Assembly: GCA_937863685.1 (NCBI GenBank)
Contig: CALMGM010000009.1
Span: forward strand, 178,403-242,402
Length of the DNA stretch: 64,000 nt
Source: an uncultured bacterium
GTDB taxonomy: Bacteria; Edwardsbacteria; AC1; EtOH8
Reading direction: 5' to 3'
Part shown: positions 1-9,322 of the stretch, piece by piece
Position numbering within the stretch: position 1 is the first letter of the stretch
How the letters are laid out: each line of letters starts with the position of its first letter
The notes under the pieces: generated by a model
What the model saw: the letters and a program-made list of their open reading frames with translations, nothing else
Database searches by the model: none
Told to the model about the DNA's origin: nothing
Position numbers and translations under genes: made by a program

Positions 1-527
1 TCCACCGCACTTTTAGCCTCGGCATAATTCAGCCCTAGCGACATCAAAGCCTCTATGGCCGGGTCGCTGATCCCTGTCCCCTGCCCTTTGAGGGTCGGCA
101 GGCCCTCCACCACCGCCTCGGCTATCTTGCCCTTCAATTCCACCAGCAACCGCTCGGCGGTCTTCTTGCCCACTCCGGATATGGCTGTCAGCATGGTCAT
201 GTTCTGGTTGGCCACCGCCTGCTCCAAATCCTCCGGAGCCATGTGCGACAGCACCGTCAGCGCCAGCTTGGGCCCGATGCCGGAGACACCTATCAGGATC
301 TTGAAAACCTTCCGCTCCTTATCCGAGGCGAAGCCGAACAGCTGCAGGATGTCCTCCTTGACATGCAGATAGGTGAGCAGCTTGGCCTGGTTGCCGGCCT
401 CCGGCAGTTTCTCGAAGGTGTTCAGCGAAATGCTTATCTGATACCCCACCCCCCCGGCCTCGATCACCGCCTCGGCCGGATTTTTATGGATCAACGTTCC
501 CTTGATGTGATGATACATATATTTTAA
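1..527 (-). CDS. ruvA: Holliday junction DNA helicase RuvA (C-terminus runs off window edge; start codon at 525-527)
   Basis: Reverse-complement translation from 527 gives MYHHIKGTLIHKNPAEAVIEAGGVGYQISISL...GVSGIGPKLALTVLSHM...GVGKKTAERLLVELKGK. This matches the RuvA OB-fold plus helix-hairpin-helix architecture. The frame stays open to position 1. Confidence 0.8.
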
Positions 528-581
528 AAATTATTTTCTCATTTTCCCTCTCCAAATTTATTTGGAGAGGGTAGGGTTAGG

Positions 582-1073
582 TCAAACCTTTTTAACCATT
601 TGCGCCAATTGCCTTCTCTGCAGGTGGCATATCGCCACCGCCAAAGCGTCGGCCGCGTCCTCCGGCGGGCTGGCCCGCAGGCCCAGCATGGCCCGGATCA
701 TGAAGCCCACCTGTCCCTTGCCGGCCCGTCCCTGGCCCACCACCGACTTCTTCACCTCCAGCGGAGAATATTCGAACAGCTTGCACCCGGCCTGTTGAAC
801 CGCCAACAGACAAACCCCCCGGGCGTGTCCCATCACCAGTGCGCTGTGGACGTTCTTGCCGTAGAAAGTGGCCTCCACCGCCACTTCATCGGGCTGATAC
901 TGTTCCAGTATCCCCTGCAATCCGGAATAGATCACCCCCAGCCGGACGGAAAGAGAAACCCCCGGCCGTGCCTTTAGGCATCCGAGGGCTACCACTTTGC
1001 GATTTCGGCCGTCGCTTTCCAATACTCCATATCCGGTGGTCTGGCTTCCGGGATCTATTCCTAATATTATCAT
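582..1073 (-). CDS. ruvC: Crossover junction endodeoxyribonuclease RuvC (start placed at MIILGIDPG; the listed ORF extends to 1109)
   Basis: The ILGIDPGSQTTGYGVLE N-terminal RNase-H-fold motif is typical of RuvC. It lies immediately downstream of ruvA as usual. Confidence 0.85.
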   Translation of the reverse strand: MIILGIDPGSQTTGYGVLESDGRNRKVVALGCLKARPGVSLSVRLGVIYSGLQGILEQYQPDEVAVEATFYGKNVHSALVMGHARGVCLLAVQQAGCKLFEYSPLEVKKSVVGQGRAGKGQVGFMIRAMLGLRASPPEDAADALAVAICHLQRRQLAQMVKKV

Positions 1074-1164
1074 CTTTTTACCACCAAGACACCAAGGCAC
1101 CAACATCATTAACTATTAACGAATAACCATTAACAATTAACTGCATGTTGCCTTTGTGGTTCGG

Positions 1165-1914
1165 TTATTTATCAAGTTTGGCCAGGATCTCGGGAGAGAT
1201 GTCGAAGTTGGCGTAGGCCTTCTGGGTGTCGTCGAAATCCTCCACCATGTCCATCAGCTTCAACATACTCTCGGCGGTCCTTTCGTCCAGTTGGACGGTG
1301 TTCTGGGGCAGCTTGTTCATCTCGGCCGAGCTCACTGGGATCCCCTTGGCCTCGATGGCCGCTTTCACCGTTTCCATGCTGGCCGGCGCGGTGTACACCT
1401 CAAAGACGCCCTCCTCGGCCTTGACGTCGTCGGCCCCGGCCTCCAAGGCCACGTCCATCAAAGTATCCTCGTCGGTCTTGGATGAATCTATGGTGATGAC
1501 CCCCTTGGCCTCGAACATCCAGGCCACGCAGCCCTGGGCCCCCAGGTTCCCGCCGTATTTGGAGAACAGGTGCCGCAATTCGGAGGCGGTGCGGTTCTTG
1601 TTGTCCGTCACGCAGTCCACCATCAAGGCAACCCCGCCCGGGCCGTAGCCTTCGTAGGTGATCTCCTCGTAGGTCACGCCCTCCAGCTCACCGGTGCCCT
1701 TTTTGATGGCCCGCTCGATGTTGTCGGCTGGCATGTTGCTAGCCTTGGCGGTGGCGATGGCTGTTCGCAGACGCGGATTGCCGGTGGGGTCGCCTCCGCC
1801 CTGTCTGGCGGCGATGGAGATCTCCTTTATCACCCGGGTAAAGACGCGGCCCCTGGCGGCATCGATCCCGGCCTTTTTCCTTTTAATGGTAGCCCATTTT
1901 GAATGACCTGACAT
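1165..1914 (-). CDS. YebC/PmpR-family probable transcriptional regulator
   Basis: [22 protein letters not shown]...[14 protein letters not shown] is the hallmark N-terminus of the YebC (DUF28) family. Start placed at MSGHSKW, the third Met of the listed ORF. Confidence 0.85.
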   Translation of the reverse strand: MSGHSKWATIKRKKAGIDAARGRVFTRVIKEISIAARQGGGDPTGNPRLRTAIATAKASNMPADNIERAIKKGTGELEGVTYEEITYEGYGPGGVALMVDCVTDNKNRTASELRHLFSKYGGNLGAQGCVAWMFEAKGVITIDSSKTDEDTLMDVALEAGADDVKAEEGVFEVYTAPASMETVKAAIEAKGIPVSSAEMNKLPQNTVQLDERTAESMLKLMDMVEDFDDTQKAYANFDISPEILAKLDK

Positions 1915-2046
1915 GCAAAACCTCCTTGGCAAACGGACATGTTTTATTGAAACATGACGTATATTTGGGTTAATAGATTATCAGTTAAAACCTTAATATA
2001 TATGATTTTACCGTAAAAGGCCCGGACTTGTCAAGGAATAAGAAAG

Positions 2047-3246
2047 TCAGGCCGGGGCCAAATGGTCTGCCGCCAGCCGGGATATCGGTTCCTTTAAAAT
2101 ATCGGCGGTGATTATAGGCAGAAAAGCCCCGCCCTCGACGAACTTGGCCGACAGCAAGCCGAAGGTGATCTTTTCGATCCCGGCCGCCTTCAGCCCCGCC
2201 CGGTAGATCTGATAGGTCCGCTGAAAGGTCCCGTAATCCCGGGGGCCGGATTTCTGATAGGCCTCCTGCAGGGCATATTCCGCCGCTTCCTTCTCATCAC
2301 TATGTCGGATGATGAGATTCCGGAATTCTTTTTCCGTCAGATATTTATCCAGCCACAATGTGATGTCCTTGTCCTCGTTGTAGCCCAGGTGCAAGGTGGT
2401 CTGGCAGATTCCGCCGTATTCCAAGTGGTTTCGGACTCCTGACAGGATCTCCTCCACCAGCTCCCGCCCGCTGATGCCTCCCTCCCGATTCCAGGCTTTT
2501 ACCAAGCCCGGCGCCGAGGGCGGATTGGAGACGATTTTATCGAATTTTTGGCCGTTGACCGGTTGGTAAAGATCGCCGCAGATGAACTCCATGTTCCCGA
2601 TCCCGTTAAGCAGGGCATTGAACTTCGCCAGGTTTATCGCCCGGGGATTTATATCCACCCCTGTAACCTTTGCGGAATGGCGGGACATTATCAGTGACTG
2701 CAATCCCGAGCCGCAGCCCAGATCCAATGCAGTCTTGCATTTTTCCCTGACAAGCCCACGGGCCATAATGTACGAGGTCTTGTCCAGCCGCCAGACCAGA
2801 TTGTCGGACGATAGATATTGATCCCTGCCATATTCATCGACGTTCAGAAAGACCTTGTCGGTGGCTATCAGCAGATCCTCGAACGGCAGCAAGGTAAAGT
2901 TGGCGTGGACATCGCTCTGATCCATTGTACAGATCCCGATACTGCCTAGCAATTCCAGATCAGCGGTTCCCAAGGCTTGTTCGATAATATCCTTTTTGCC
3001 CGGCAGGCCTAAAACCAAAAAGCTTATGATATGACTTAAGGGAGTTGGATTATCCGCCAGCCTTTCGACAAACAACGGGAGATATTTGTATTCCAGCGGA
3101 TAAAGGTCGAAAATATTATCCAGGCCCAAAGCTTCTTTGACCTCCCCCACAGTCAACCCCAGACCTTTTAATTTAATCCCCAGTTGTTCAATCCGACCAT
3201 GGGTGATATTTTCATAGGATAACGGTTTTTCAAGGCTCATAGCCAT
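2047..3246 (-). CDS. Two-domain class I SAM-dependent methyltransferase (C-terminal MTS/RsmC-HemK-like domain with LDLGCGSG, VDIN and SNPP motifs; N-terminal ~190 aa domain of unknown function)
   Basis: Motif I LDLGCGSGLQ, an acidic DIN loop and an NPP motif IV were seen in the translation. An alternative upstream start at 3324 would overlap the preceding gene, so the start was placed at MAMSLEKP. Confidence 0.6.
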   Translation of the reverse strand: MAMSLEKPLSYENITHGRIEQLGIKLKGLGLTVGEVKEALGLDNIFDLYPLEYKYLPLFVERLADNPTPLSHIISFLVLGLPGKKDIIEQALGTADLELLGSIGICTMDQSDVHANFTLLPFEDLLIATDKVFLNVDEYGRDQYLSSDNLVWRLDKTSYIMARGLVREKCKTALDLGCGSGLQSLIMSRHSAKVTGVDINPRAINLAKFNALLNGIGNMEFICGDLYQPVNGQKFDKIVSNPPSAPGLVKAWNREGGISGRELVEEILSGVRNHLEYGGICQTTLHLGYNEDKDITLWLDKYLTEKEFRNLIIRHSDEKEAAEYALQEAYQKSGPRDYGTFQRTYQIYRAGLKAAGIEKITFGLLSAKFVEGGAFLPIITADILKEPISRLAADHLAPA

Positions 3247-3292
3247 ATCCTCTGATTTGCAAGACCTTTTGTCCTGGTTTCTTGAATTAACT

Positions 3293-4165
3293 TCAAATCC
3301 CAAACCTTTCTTTGAGCATTTCATAGCCCTGTTTGAAAGTGCAGGGCAGGCCGTCCAGGGAATCCAGCATCATGTACAGCGAGATTCTTTTATAATATAA
3401 TTCGGCCCGGTGAAGCAGTCCCTCATCCTTCCGGCACATATACAGATCATAGACCCTTTTAACAAAATCTCTCCCGTACTCCATGATGCCGGCGAAGTCC
3501 GCCGCTGGGTCGCTCCAGCAACGGTCGCTGAAATCTATTACGCCCATCCGTTTATTTTGACCGTCCCACAATATATGCTCGCCAGTCAGATCGTTATGCG
3601 CTAAAACCCGGCATCGTACCTTTTTTATCGAATCGTCCAGATCTTTCAAATATTCGTTGATGATTTCGATATGCCGGACGTTTAATTTTGGATAAATCTT
3701 TTTACGAACGCTTCGAATCAGGCTGGCATTGAGCTTTACTTCATCTTCCAAACGGACATGGAATCGCATGGCATTCCGCCTGGGCACAGAATGCAGTGAA
3801 GTGATGAACCCGGCAATTTGCTCGGCCGCTGCTTTCTTATCGGCAGGCTTAAGGCGCTTGAATAGCTTTCTATCCAATTCCTTCCCGGGCAGCATCTCAT
3901 AACCGGCCAGGGTTTTATCCCGGGAGACATACCTATAGCCGGGAATTTTGATCTTCACTTTGCCCTTCAAATACTTTAAAAGTCGGATCTCATCATGAAA
4001 CTCTCTGGGCACACCCCTGTCAAACCTTTTGGGCGTTCTGAAGACCAGCTTCTCGTCCAGGACTGCCACATGGTGGTCCCACCCATGATCAATAAAGCGA
4101 TGGCTTTCCCAGGTAATGTCCGGGAACTCGCTTTTTATCCGACGGAGGATCGTTTTTTTATCCAT
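3293..4165 (-). CDS. Aminoglycoside/macrolide phosphotransferase (APH/Mph)-family small-molecule kinase
   Basis: A Brenner-like catalytic loop VLAHNDLTGEHILWD and a metal-binding GVIDFSDRCWSDPAADFA segment resemble APH/Mph kinases (HGDLHPGHIL, IDWGDAGIGDPAYDLA). Confidence 0.65.
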   Translation of the reverse strand: MDKKTILRRIKSEFPDITWESHRFIDHGWDHHVAVLDEKLVFRTPKRFDRGVPREFHDEIRLLKYLKGKVKIKIPGYRYVSRDKTLAGYEMLPGKELDRKLFKRLKPADKKAAAEQIAGFITSLHSVPRRNAMRFHVRLEDEVKLNASLIRSVRKKIYPKLNVRHIEIINEYLKDLDDSIKKVRCRVLAHNDLTGEHILWDGQNKRMGVIDFSDRCWSDPAADFAGIMEYGRDFVKRVYDLYMCRKDEGLLHRAELYYKRISLYMMLDSLDGLPCTFKQGYEMLKERFGI

Positions 4166-5105
4166 CGTGATCCCGGCGTTTCAATGTCTTAAAAGAAAGC
4201 ATATGCCAGGTCACGCCGGCCGCGATCAGGAATAAAACAACTCTGACCATAAGAAGCTTAATGACACACAAGGCCGCAAAGGTTATGGTGATCCACAAAA
4301 CCGAGATCGACAGTATCTTTAATTTTAGCGGAATACCGCGGCGTTCCCGGTAATTCCTTATATAATTACCAATCCACCGATTATTTAAAAGCCAGCCATA
4401 GAACCTCTGCGAGCTTCTGGCATAAAGGAATGCCGCCAACAGCAGGAACGGCGTGGTGGGCAGCAGCGGCAGGAATATGCCCAAGATGCCCAGCCCGACA
4501 GAGACGGTGCCTGCAATCACCAAGATTATTCTCAAAATTTTGCTATCGGTTTTTTGTTTCATTACGGTGCTTTTTGAACCATATTTTTCGATTTCACTCA
4601 TCATTTTTTGGGCGATTTCTGCCGGCGAGTCCGCAGAGAATATCTTTATGTCGCCCAGTTCTTTGTATTTAGGATACCTACGATTGAATTTATTTATTTC
4701 CGTTTCCTCCGTATATCCCAGCCCTCGTTCAAGCTGACGTTTAACGACGATATCGGCGCTTTTCTCCAATGATTCCGAAGGAAGCAGTAAAATTGACACC
4801 CCCTGCTCTCTCACAGTTTTAATATGTTCTCCCGCCAAGCCTTCTCCGCTATCGTATGCAAAAAATCCCGAAGACAATACGAATACGCAATCCGGGTGGA
4901 TCTTTTCTAAAATTTCATAAAATAACCGGGAATTATCCAGGCAATATCTTTCATAGCCCTGTTCATTTATGTAATCATCGATATTGCCGAGTTTATTGAT
5001 GAATTCCTCATCCAGATCAATGGACTCGCATCCCAGCTTATTAGCCAATAGCCTGCCGCAGGTTGTTTTACCCACACCGCCAGGGCCAATGATAAATATT
5101 TTCAT
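4158..5105 (-). CDS. Fusion protein: N-terminal shikimate-kinase/CPT/TmrB-like P-loop kinase domain plus C-terminal DUF454 (YbaN-like) membrane domain
   Basis: The N-terminus MKIFIIGPGGVGKTTCGRLLANKLGCESIDLDEEF aligns by eye with AroK ([30 protein letters not shown]). The C-terminus ILRIILVIAGTVSVGLGILGIFLPLLPTTPFLLLAAFLYARSS...RERRGIP is DUF454-like with 3-4 TM helices. Confidence 0.55.
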   Translation of the reverse strand: MKIFIIGPGGVGKTTCGRLLANKLGCESIDLDEEFINKLGNIDDYINEQGYERYCLDNSRLFYEILEKIHPDCVFVLSSGFFAYDSGEGLAGEHIKTVREQGVSILLLPSESLEKSADIVVKRQLERGLGYTEETEINKFNRRYPKYKELGDIKIFSADSPAEIAQKMMSEIEKYGSKSTVMKQKTDSKILRIILVIAGTVSVGLGILGIFLPLLPTTPFLLLAAFLYARSSQRFYGWLLNNRWIGNYIRNYRERRGIPLKLKILSISVLWITITFAALCVIKLLMVRVVLFLIAAGVTWHMLSFKTLKRRDHDG

Positions 5106-5106
5106 T

Positions 5107-5697
5107 TTACCTGATGTGCCCCTTGGCTATCGTATCCTCAATCAGCCCTTTGGCATAATCCCACAGCGCTTTTGAACCGTTGCCGATCCGGCTGTTCAAT
5201 GCCAGAACTCTATCCGCCGAGACTTTGTTTTCCCGCCAAGCCTGTCCCTGATTGTTGTGATTTTGCATCACCGGACCCAAGCGATCCAACGCCATCGCGA
5301 ACTTCGCTTCCGATGTATCCTGCATTTCGTATTCTTCCCATAAAGAGATCATTTCATCCCGTTGCCCGGACGGCAGCAGGCCGAATATCCTTTCGGCGGC
5401 CGCTTTTTCGTTTTTACATTTGGCTTCCTTCAAACTGTCATCATATATAAAAGTATCCCCGGCGTCTATCTCCACAATATCGTGTATCAAACCGATTTTC
5501 ATGACCTTGAGTATATCAATATCCGGGTCATCGGCATGTTCCTTTAGGATCAAGGCCATCATGGCAAAGTGCCAGGAATGCTCGGCATCGTTTTCGTAGC
5601 GGGAATTGTCCAGTATTTTTGTGCGGCGAAAGATGGATTTGAGCTTGTCGATCTCTATTATGAATTCTATCTGCTGTTGTAATTTATTGTCTGCCAT
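5107..5697 (-). CDS. HD-domain phosphohydrolase (YfbR-like 5'-deoxynucleotidase family)
   Basis: The H...HD metal-binding motifs (EHSWHFAMMALIL, GLIHDIVEIDAGD) are present. The size (~196 aa) fits YfbR-like HD hydrolases. Confidence 0.7.
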   Translation of the reverse strand: MADNKLQQQIEFIIEIDKLKSIFRRTKILDNSRYENDAEHSWHFAMMALILKEHADDPDIDILKVMKIGLIHDIVEIDAGDTFIYDDSLKEAKCKNEKAAAERIFGLLPSGQRDEMISLWEEYEMQDTSEAKFAMALDRLGPVMQNHNNQGQAWRENKVSADRVLALNSRIGNGSKALWDYAKGLIEDTIAKGHIR

Positions 5698-5751
5698 TTT
5701 TCTCCTATAAAATTTAACAAACGACCCAGGCTTTCGCCTGGGTCATTAAAA

Positions 5752-7158
5752 TTATTCCCCGAATTTTTTAGGCCTCACTGTCTGTCCCTTTGGTCCATCC
5801 TCCACCATAAAGCTCAGTTTTGCTATCTCGTCCCTCAGCCGGTCGGATTCGGCCCAGTTCTTGGCCGTCCGGGCCTCCTGGCGCTTCTGTATCATATCCG
5901 CAATCTCTTTGGGAATGGCAGATTCACCGGCGGATTCGGTCAGTTTCAGCCCCAGAACCCGGTCGAAATCTTTTATCAGGCCCAGTTTCTGGGCTGCATC
6001 CAGGCTGTTATCTTTCAACAGATCCCAGACAATGGCCAGCACCTGCGGCATGTTCAGATCATCATTGATGGCTGCCAAAAATTTCTTTTTATATCCATCC
6101 TCCCCTTTCCCATCGGGGGAGGGATCCAGGGTGGGGTCCAGTTTCTTTACTTCCGCTCGCAGATTCTCCAGCGCCCGCTGGGCCGCGGTCAAAGATTCGT
6201 AGGTAAAACTTAATTGCGACCGATAGTGTCCGGTAAAGCAGAAATAGCGGTAGGCCAGCGGATCATATCCCTTGTCCATCAGGGTCTGCAGGATCAGGAA
6301 CTCACCGGATGATTTGGCCATCTTCTCCTGCCCCAATTGCAGAAAATATCCGTGCAGCCAGTAATTGGCCAGATTGGTGCCATGGCAGGCCTGGGTCTGG
6401 GCTATCTCATTTGTGTGATGCACCGCAATGGCATCCTCCCCGCCGCAGTGGATGTCGAACAGCGGGCCCAGGTATTTGGCGGCCATGGCCGAGCACTCTA
6501 TATGCCAGCCGGGAAAACCCTTGCCCCAGGGGCTTTCCCACTCCATCTGGCGCTGGGTCCCTTCGGGACTGAACTTCCACAGGGCGAAGTCGGTGGGATG
6601 CTTCTTCTCGCCCATCTCTATCCGGACTCCGGCCATCAGATCCTGCACTACGATCTTGGTGAGCACCCCGTATTTTTTCAGCTTGGCGGTATCGAAGTAG
6701 ATACCGTCCGAGGTCCGGTAGGTGTAGCCCTTCTCCTCTATGCACCGGATGGTCTCGACCTGCTCCTTTATGTGATCGGTGGCCTTGCACCAGATGTGCG
6801 GCTCCTGGATGTTCAGGTCCCGCAGGTCCTTCTTGAAGGCCTGGGTGTACTCCTCGGCGATCTCCCATGCGGTCTTGCCGGTGCGGCGGGAGCCCTTCTC
6901 CATCTTGTCCTCGCCGGAATCGGCGTCGGATTCCAGATGCCCCACGTCGGTGATATTCATCACCTGGTTGACCTGCAGGCCGTTGTATTCCAGGGCCCGG
7001 CGCAGAACGTCTTCGAAAATGTAGGTCCGCAGGTTGCCGATATGGGCGTAGTCGTAGACCGTCGGACCGCAGGTGTACATGCCCACCTGTCCGGTCTTTA
7101 AGGGTACGAACTCCTCCTTGGTGCGGCTCAATGTATTGTAAAGTTTGATAGCCATCAA
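5752..7158 (-). CDS. cysS: Cysteine--tRNA ligase
   Basis: YTCGPTVYDYAHIGNLRTY (HIGH region) and KMAKSSGEF (KMSKS) were seen. Overall class I aaRS, CysS-like. Confidence 0.9.
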   Translation of the reverse strand: MMAIKLYNTLSRTKEEFVPLKTGQVGMYTCGPTVYDYAHIGNLRTYIFEDVLRRALEYNGLQVNQVMNITDVGHLESDADSGEDKMEKGSRRTGKTAWEIAEEYTQAFKKDLRDLNIQEPHIWCKATDHIKEQVETIRCIEEKGYTYRTSDGIYFDTAKLKKYGVLTKIVVQDLMAGVRIEMGEKKHPTDFALWKFSPEGTQRQMEWESPWGKGFPGWHIECSAMAAKYLGPLFDIHCGGEDAIAVHHTNEIAQTQACHGTNLANYWLHGYFLQLGQEKMAKSSGEFLILQTLMDKGYDPLAYRYFCFTGHYRSQLSFTYESLTAAQRALENLRAEVKKLDPTLDPSPDGKGEDGYKKKFLAAINDDLNMPQVLAIVWDLLKDNSLDAAQKLGLIKDFDRVLGLKLTESAGESAIPKEIADMIQKRQEARTAKNWAESDRLRDEIAKLSFMVEDGPKGQTVRPKKFGE

Positions 7159-7543
7159 TTCCTCCTTGATTGGGATAATTATAGTTTCAAATCTTGCTCT
7201 TTGTCAACCATAAAGATTGGGAACATTTCACACAGATCACACAGATTAGTGCAGATTTTCTCGGATTTAATTATATGTTTTTGGTTAACCAGTAAAGTCA
7301 GTGTGAATCCGGCCCACTCCATGTTCAATCGTGTGCCATCCCCTGCTATCTAATTTTCAAACCCCATCCGTTTGAATCCGTAAAGATCCGCTCAATTCGT
7401 GTTCCATTCCCCTTGTCCGATTTTTTCCGATTTTGGTTGACTTGCCCTATTAAATATGATAATTTTTATAGATGTTATTAAACCCCTTCACCATTAGGGA
7501 AGGGGTGGGGATTAGGCCAGAATTCTAGATAAGGAGGCTTGCC

Positions 7544-8038
7544 ATGCCGGATGCCAGCGACAAAGTAAGAAATTTCATGGAAAAGCTGTTCCGGATAGTT
7601 CCGGGATACGGCGGCTATGCCGAGAAGGAGTCACGCCGCAACACCGATAAGATCCTGCGTCTGCACCTGGCCGGACAACTGGACGAGGCCAAGTCGGCCT
7701 TCGACCGTTTCATGTCCGATATGACCAAGCAAAAAGGCCACCTCGAGCTGATGACCGATGCCTCCTCGATCACCAAACTGCTGGAGAAGGTCATTGACCG
7801 GCTTAAATACGCCGAATACGGCTACTCCGGGTTCTTCGACAGCCCCAAGGTGCAGGAGCCGGAACTGCTGGCCCTATATGAGTTCGACACCAGCCTGGCG
7901 CAGAATATCATGGACCTGAAGAGCAAAATCTCGGTGATCAAGCCGGATGCCTCGATCTTGAAAGCGTTGCTGGAGGACTTGCGGAGATTCGACGACAGGT
8001 TGAATGCCCGGCACGAAGCGATAACTAAGCCTGTTTAA
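7544..8038 (+). CDS. Hypothetical helical protein, no recognised domain
   Basis: Clean ORF with an AGGAGG RBS, directly upstream of the SPFH gene. Confidence 0.5.
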   Translation: MPDASDKVRNFMEKLFRIVPGYGGYAEKESRRNTDKILRLHLAGQLDEAKSAFDRFMSDMTKQKGHLELMTDASSITKLLEKVIDRLKYAEYGYSGFFDSPKVQEPELLALYEFDTSLAQNIMDLKSKISVIKPDASILKALLEDLRRFDDRLNARHEAITKPV

Positions 8039-8041
8039 GCG

Positions 8042-8084
8042 GTTTAAACGTTTAAACAGTTTGAACTTGTTAAACCTTTTAAAC
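8042..8084 (+). repeat. Five tandem degenerate 8-9 bp units (GTTTAAAC GTTTAAAC AGTTTGAAC TTGTTAAAC CTTTTAAAC) just upstream of the SPFH gene
   Basis: Seen directly in the sequence. A related motif GTTAAAACTTGTTAAACTTTTATAAG occurs at 15746-15771, upstream of the PorV-like gene. Confidence 0.6.
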
Positions 8085-8097
8085 TTTAGGAGCAAAT

Positions 8098-9123
8098 ATG
8101 GCCAAGATAATGGAAGTCATAGAATATTTTGACAATACCGGCAATCAGCTGGTGCACCGGGTTCCCGAGGACGGCTCGGGCGAGACCAAGATCGGCTCCC
8201 AGCTGGTGGTCCGGGAAAGCCAGCAGGCAGTGTTCTTCCGGGACGGCAAGGCCATGGACGTCTTCGGGGCCGGCCGCCATACACTGACCACCATGAACCT
8301 GCCGATCCTGACCGGAATGCTGAAAGGGGTCTTCGATGGCAAGAGCCCCTTTAGGGTGGAGGTCTATTTCGTCAATTCCAAGGTCTTCACCGACATGAAA
8401 TGGGGCACATCGGAGCCCATCCCCTTCCGCGACAGCGAACTGCAGATGATCCGCCTGCGCTCCTTCGGCATCTACTCCACCAGGGTCAAGGATCCCCAGC
8501 TATTCGTCAACAAGATGGTGGGCACCCAGGGATTATACACCACCGAGCAGATCGACGGCTTTTTGAAGAACGTCATCGTGTCCCGGCTGGCCGATTATTT
8601 GGGCGAGAACTACAAGACCATCCTGGACGTGGCCCAGCACTACGATGAGCTGGGGACCGGTCTGAAAGCCAGACTGCAGGAGGATTTCGGCAAGTACGGA
8701 CTGGAGATGGTGGACCTGTATATCAGCGCCATCACCCCCCCGCCCGAGGTTCAGGCCCGGATGGACGAGCGGGCCGGGATGGCCGCGGTGGGGGACCTTA
8801 ACCAGTACATGAAGTTCAAGGCGGCCAATGCCATGGGCGATGCCGCCAAACAGGAGGGCGGAGCGGCCGGAGCCGGGGTGGGCATGGGCGCCGGGATAGG
8901 CATGGGCATGATGATGCCCGGCATGCTGCAGCAGGCCATGGCCAGCGGACCGATGGCCGCCTGCCCCAAGTGCGGCACCCAGAACCAGACCACCGCCAAG
9001 TTCTGCTCCAACTGCGGCGGACCGATGGCGGTGGCCCCGGCCACCACCCCCTGCCCCAAGTGCGGCAAACCGGTGGCGACGGGCAGCAAGTTCTGCAATG
9101 ACTGCGGGGCGAAACTGGGGTAA
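8098..9123 (+). CDS. SPFH/band-7 domain protein with two C-terminal zinc ribbons (COG4260-like)
   Basis: The N-terminal SPFH-like region is followed by a Gly/Met-rich linker and CPKCGTQ...CSNCGG and CPKCGKP...CNDCGAKLG double CxxC zinc ribbons. Confidence 0.75.
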   Translation: MAKIMEVIEYFDNTGNQLVHRVPEDGSGETKIGSQLVVRESQQAVFFRDGKAMDVFGAGRHTLTTMNLPILTGMLKGVFDGKSPFRVEVYFVNSKVFTDMKWGTSEPIPFRDSELQMIRLRSFGIYSTRVKDPQLFVNKMVGTQGLYTTEQIDGFLKNVIVSRLADYLGENYKTILDVAQHYDELGTGLKARLQEDFGKYGLEMVDLYISAITPPPEVQARMDERAGMAAVGDLNQYMKFKAANAMGDAAKQEGGAAGAGVGMGAGIGMGMMMPGMLQQAMASGPMAACPKCGTQNQTTAKFCSNCGGPMAVAPATTPCPKCGKPVATGSKFCNDCGAKLG

Positions 9124-9165
9124 TGCCTTGCCCACGAAACACACGAAAAGACACTAATGTTATTG

Positions 9166-9233
9166 CCCCGTGTCATTCCTGCGAAGGCAGGAATCCAGGT
9201 GCTATTGAGCCACAAAGACACAAAGACTTTTTC
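9166..9233. repeat. Intergenic repeat, type A (CCCCGTGTCATTCCTGCGAAGGCAGGAATCCAGGTGCT...CCACAAAGACA...CTTTTT), ~90% identical to 11436-11512
   Basis: The two copies align by eye and flank the T9SS cargo gene. Confidence 0.7.
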
Positions 9234-9317
9234 GTCATTGCGAGAAGGGCATCAAAGATTGACAAGAGCCTGCACTGAGCCCAACACCTTGAATGGTTAT
9301 CGAAGTGAAGCAATCCA
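9234..9317. repeat. Intergenic repeat, type B (GTCATTGCGAG...GAAGCAATCCA), related to 11656-11699
   Basis: Shared terminal motifs GTCATTGCGA and GAAGCAATCCA. Confidence 0.55.
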
Positions 9318-9322
9318 AGCTT

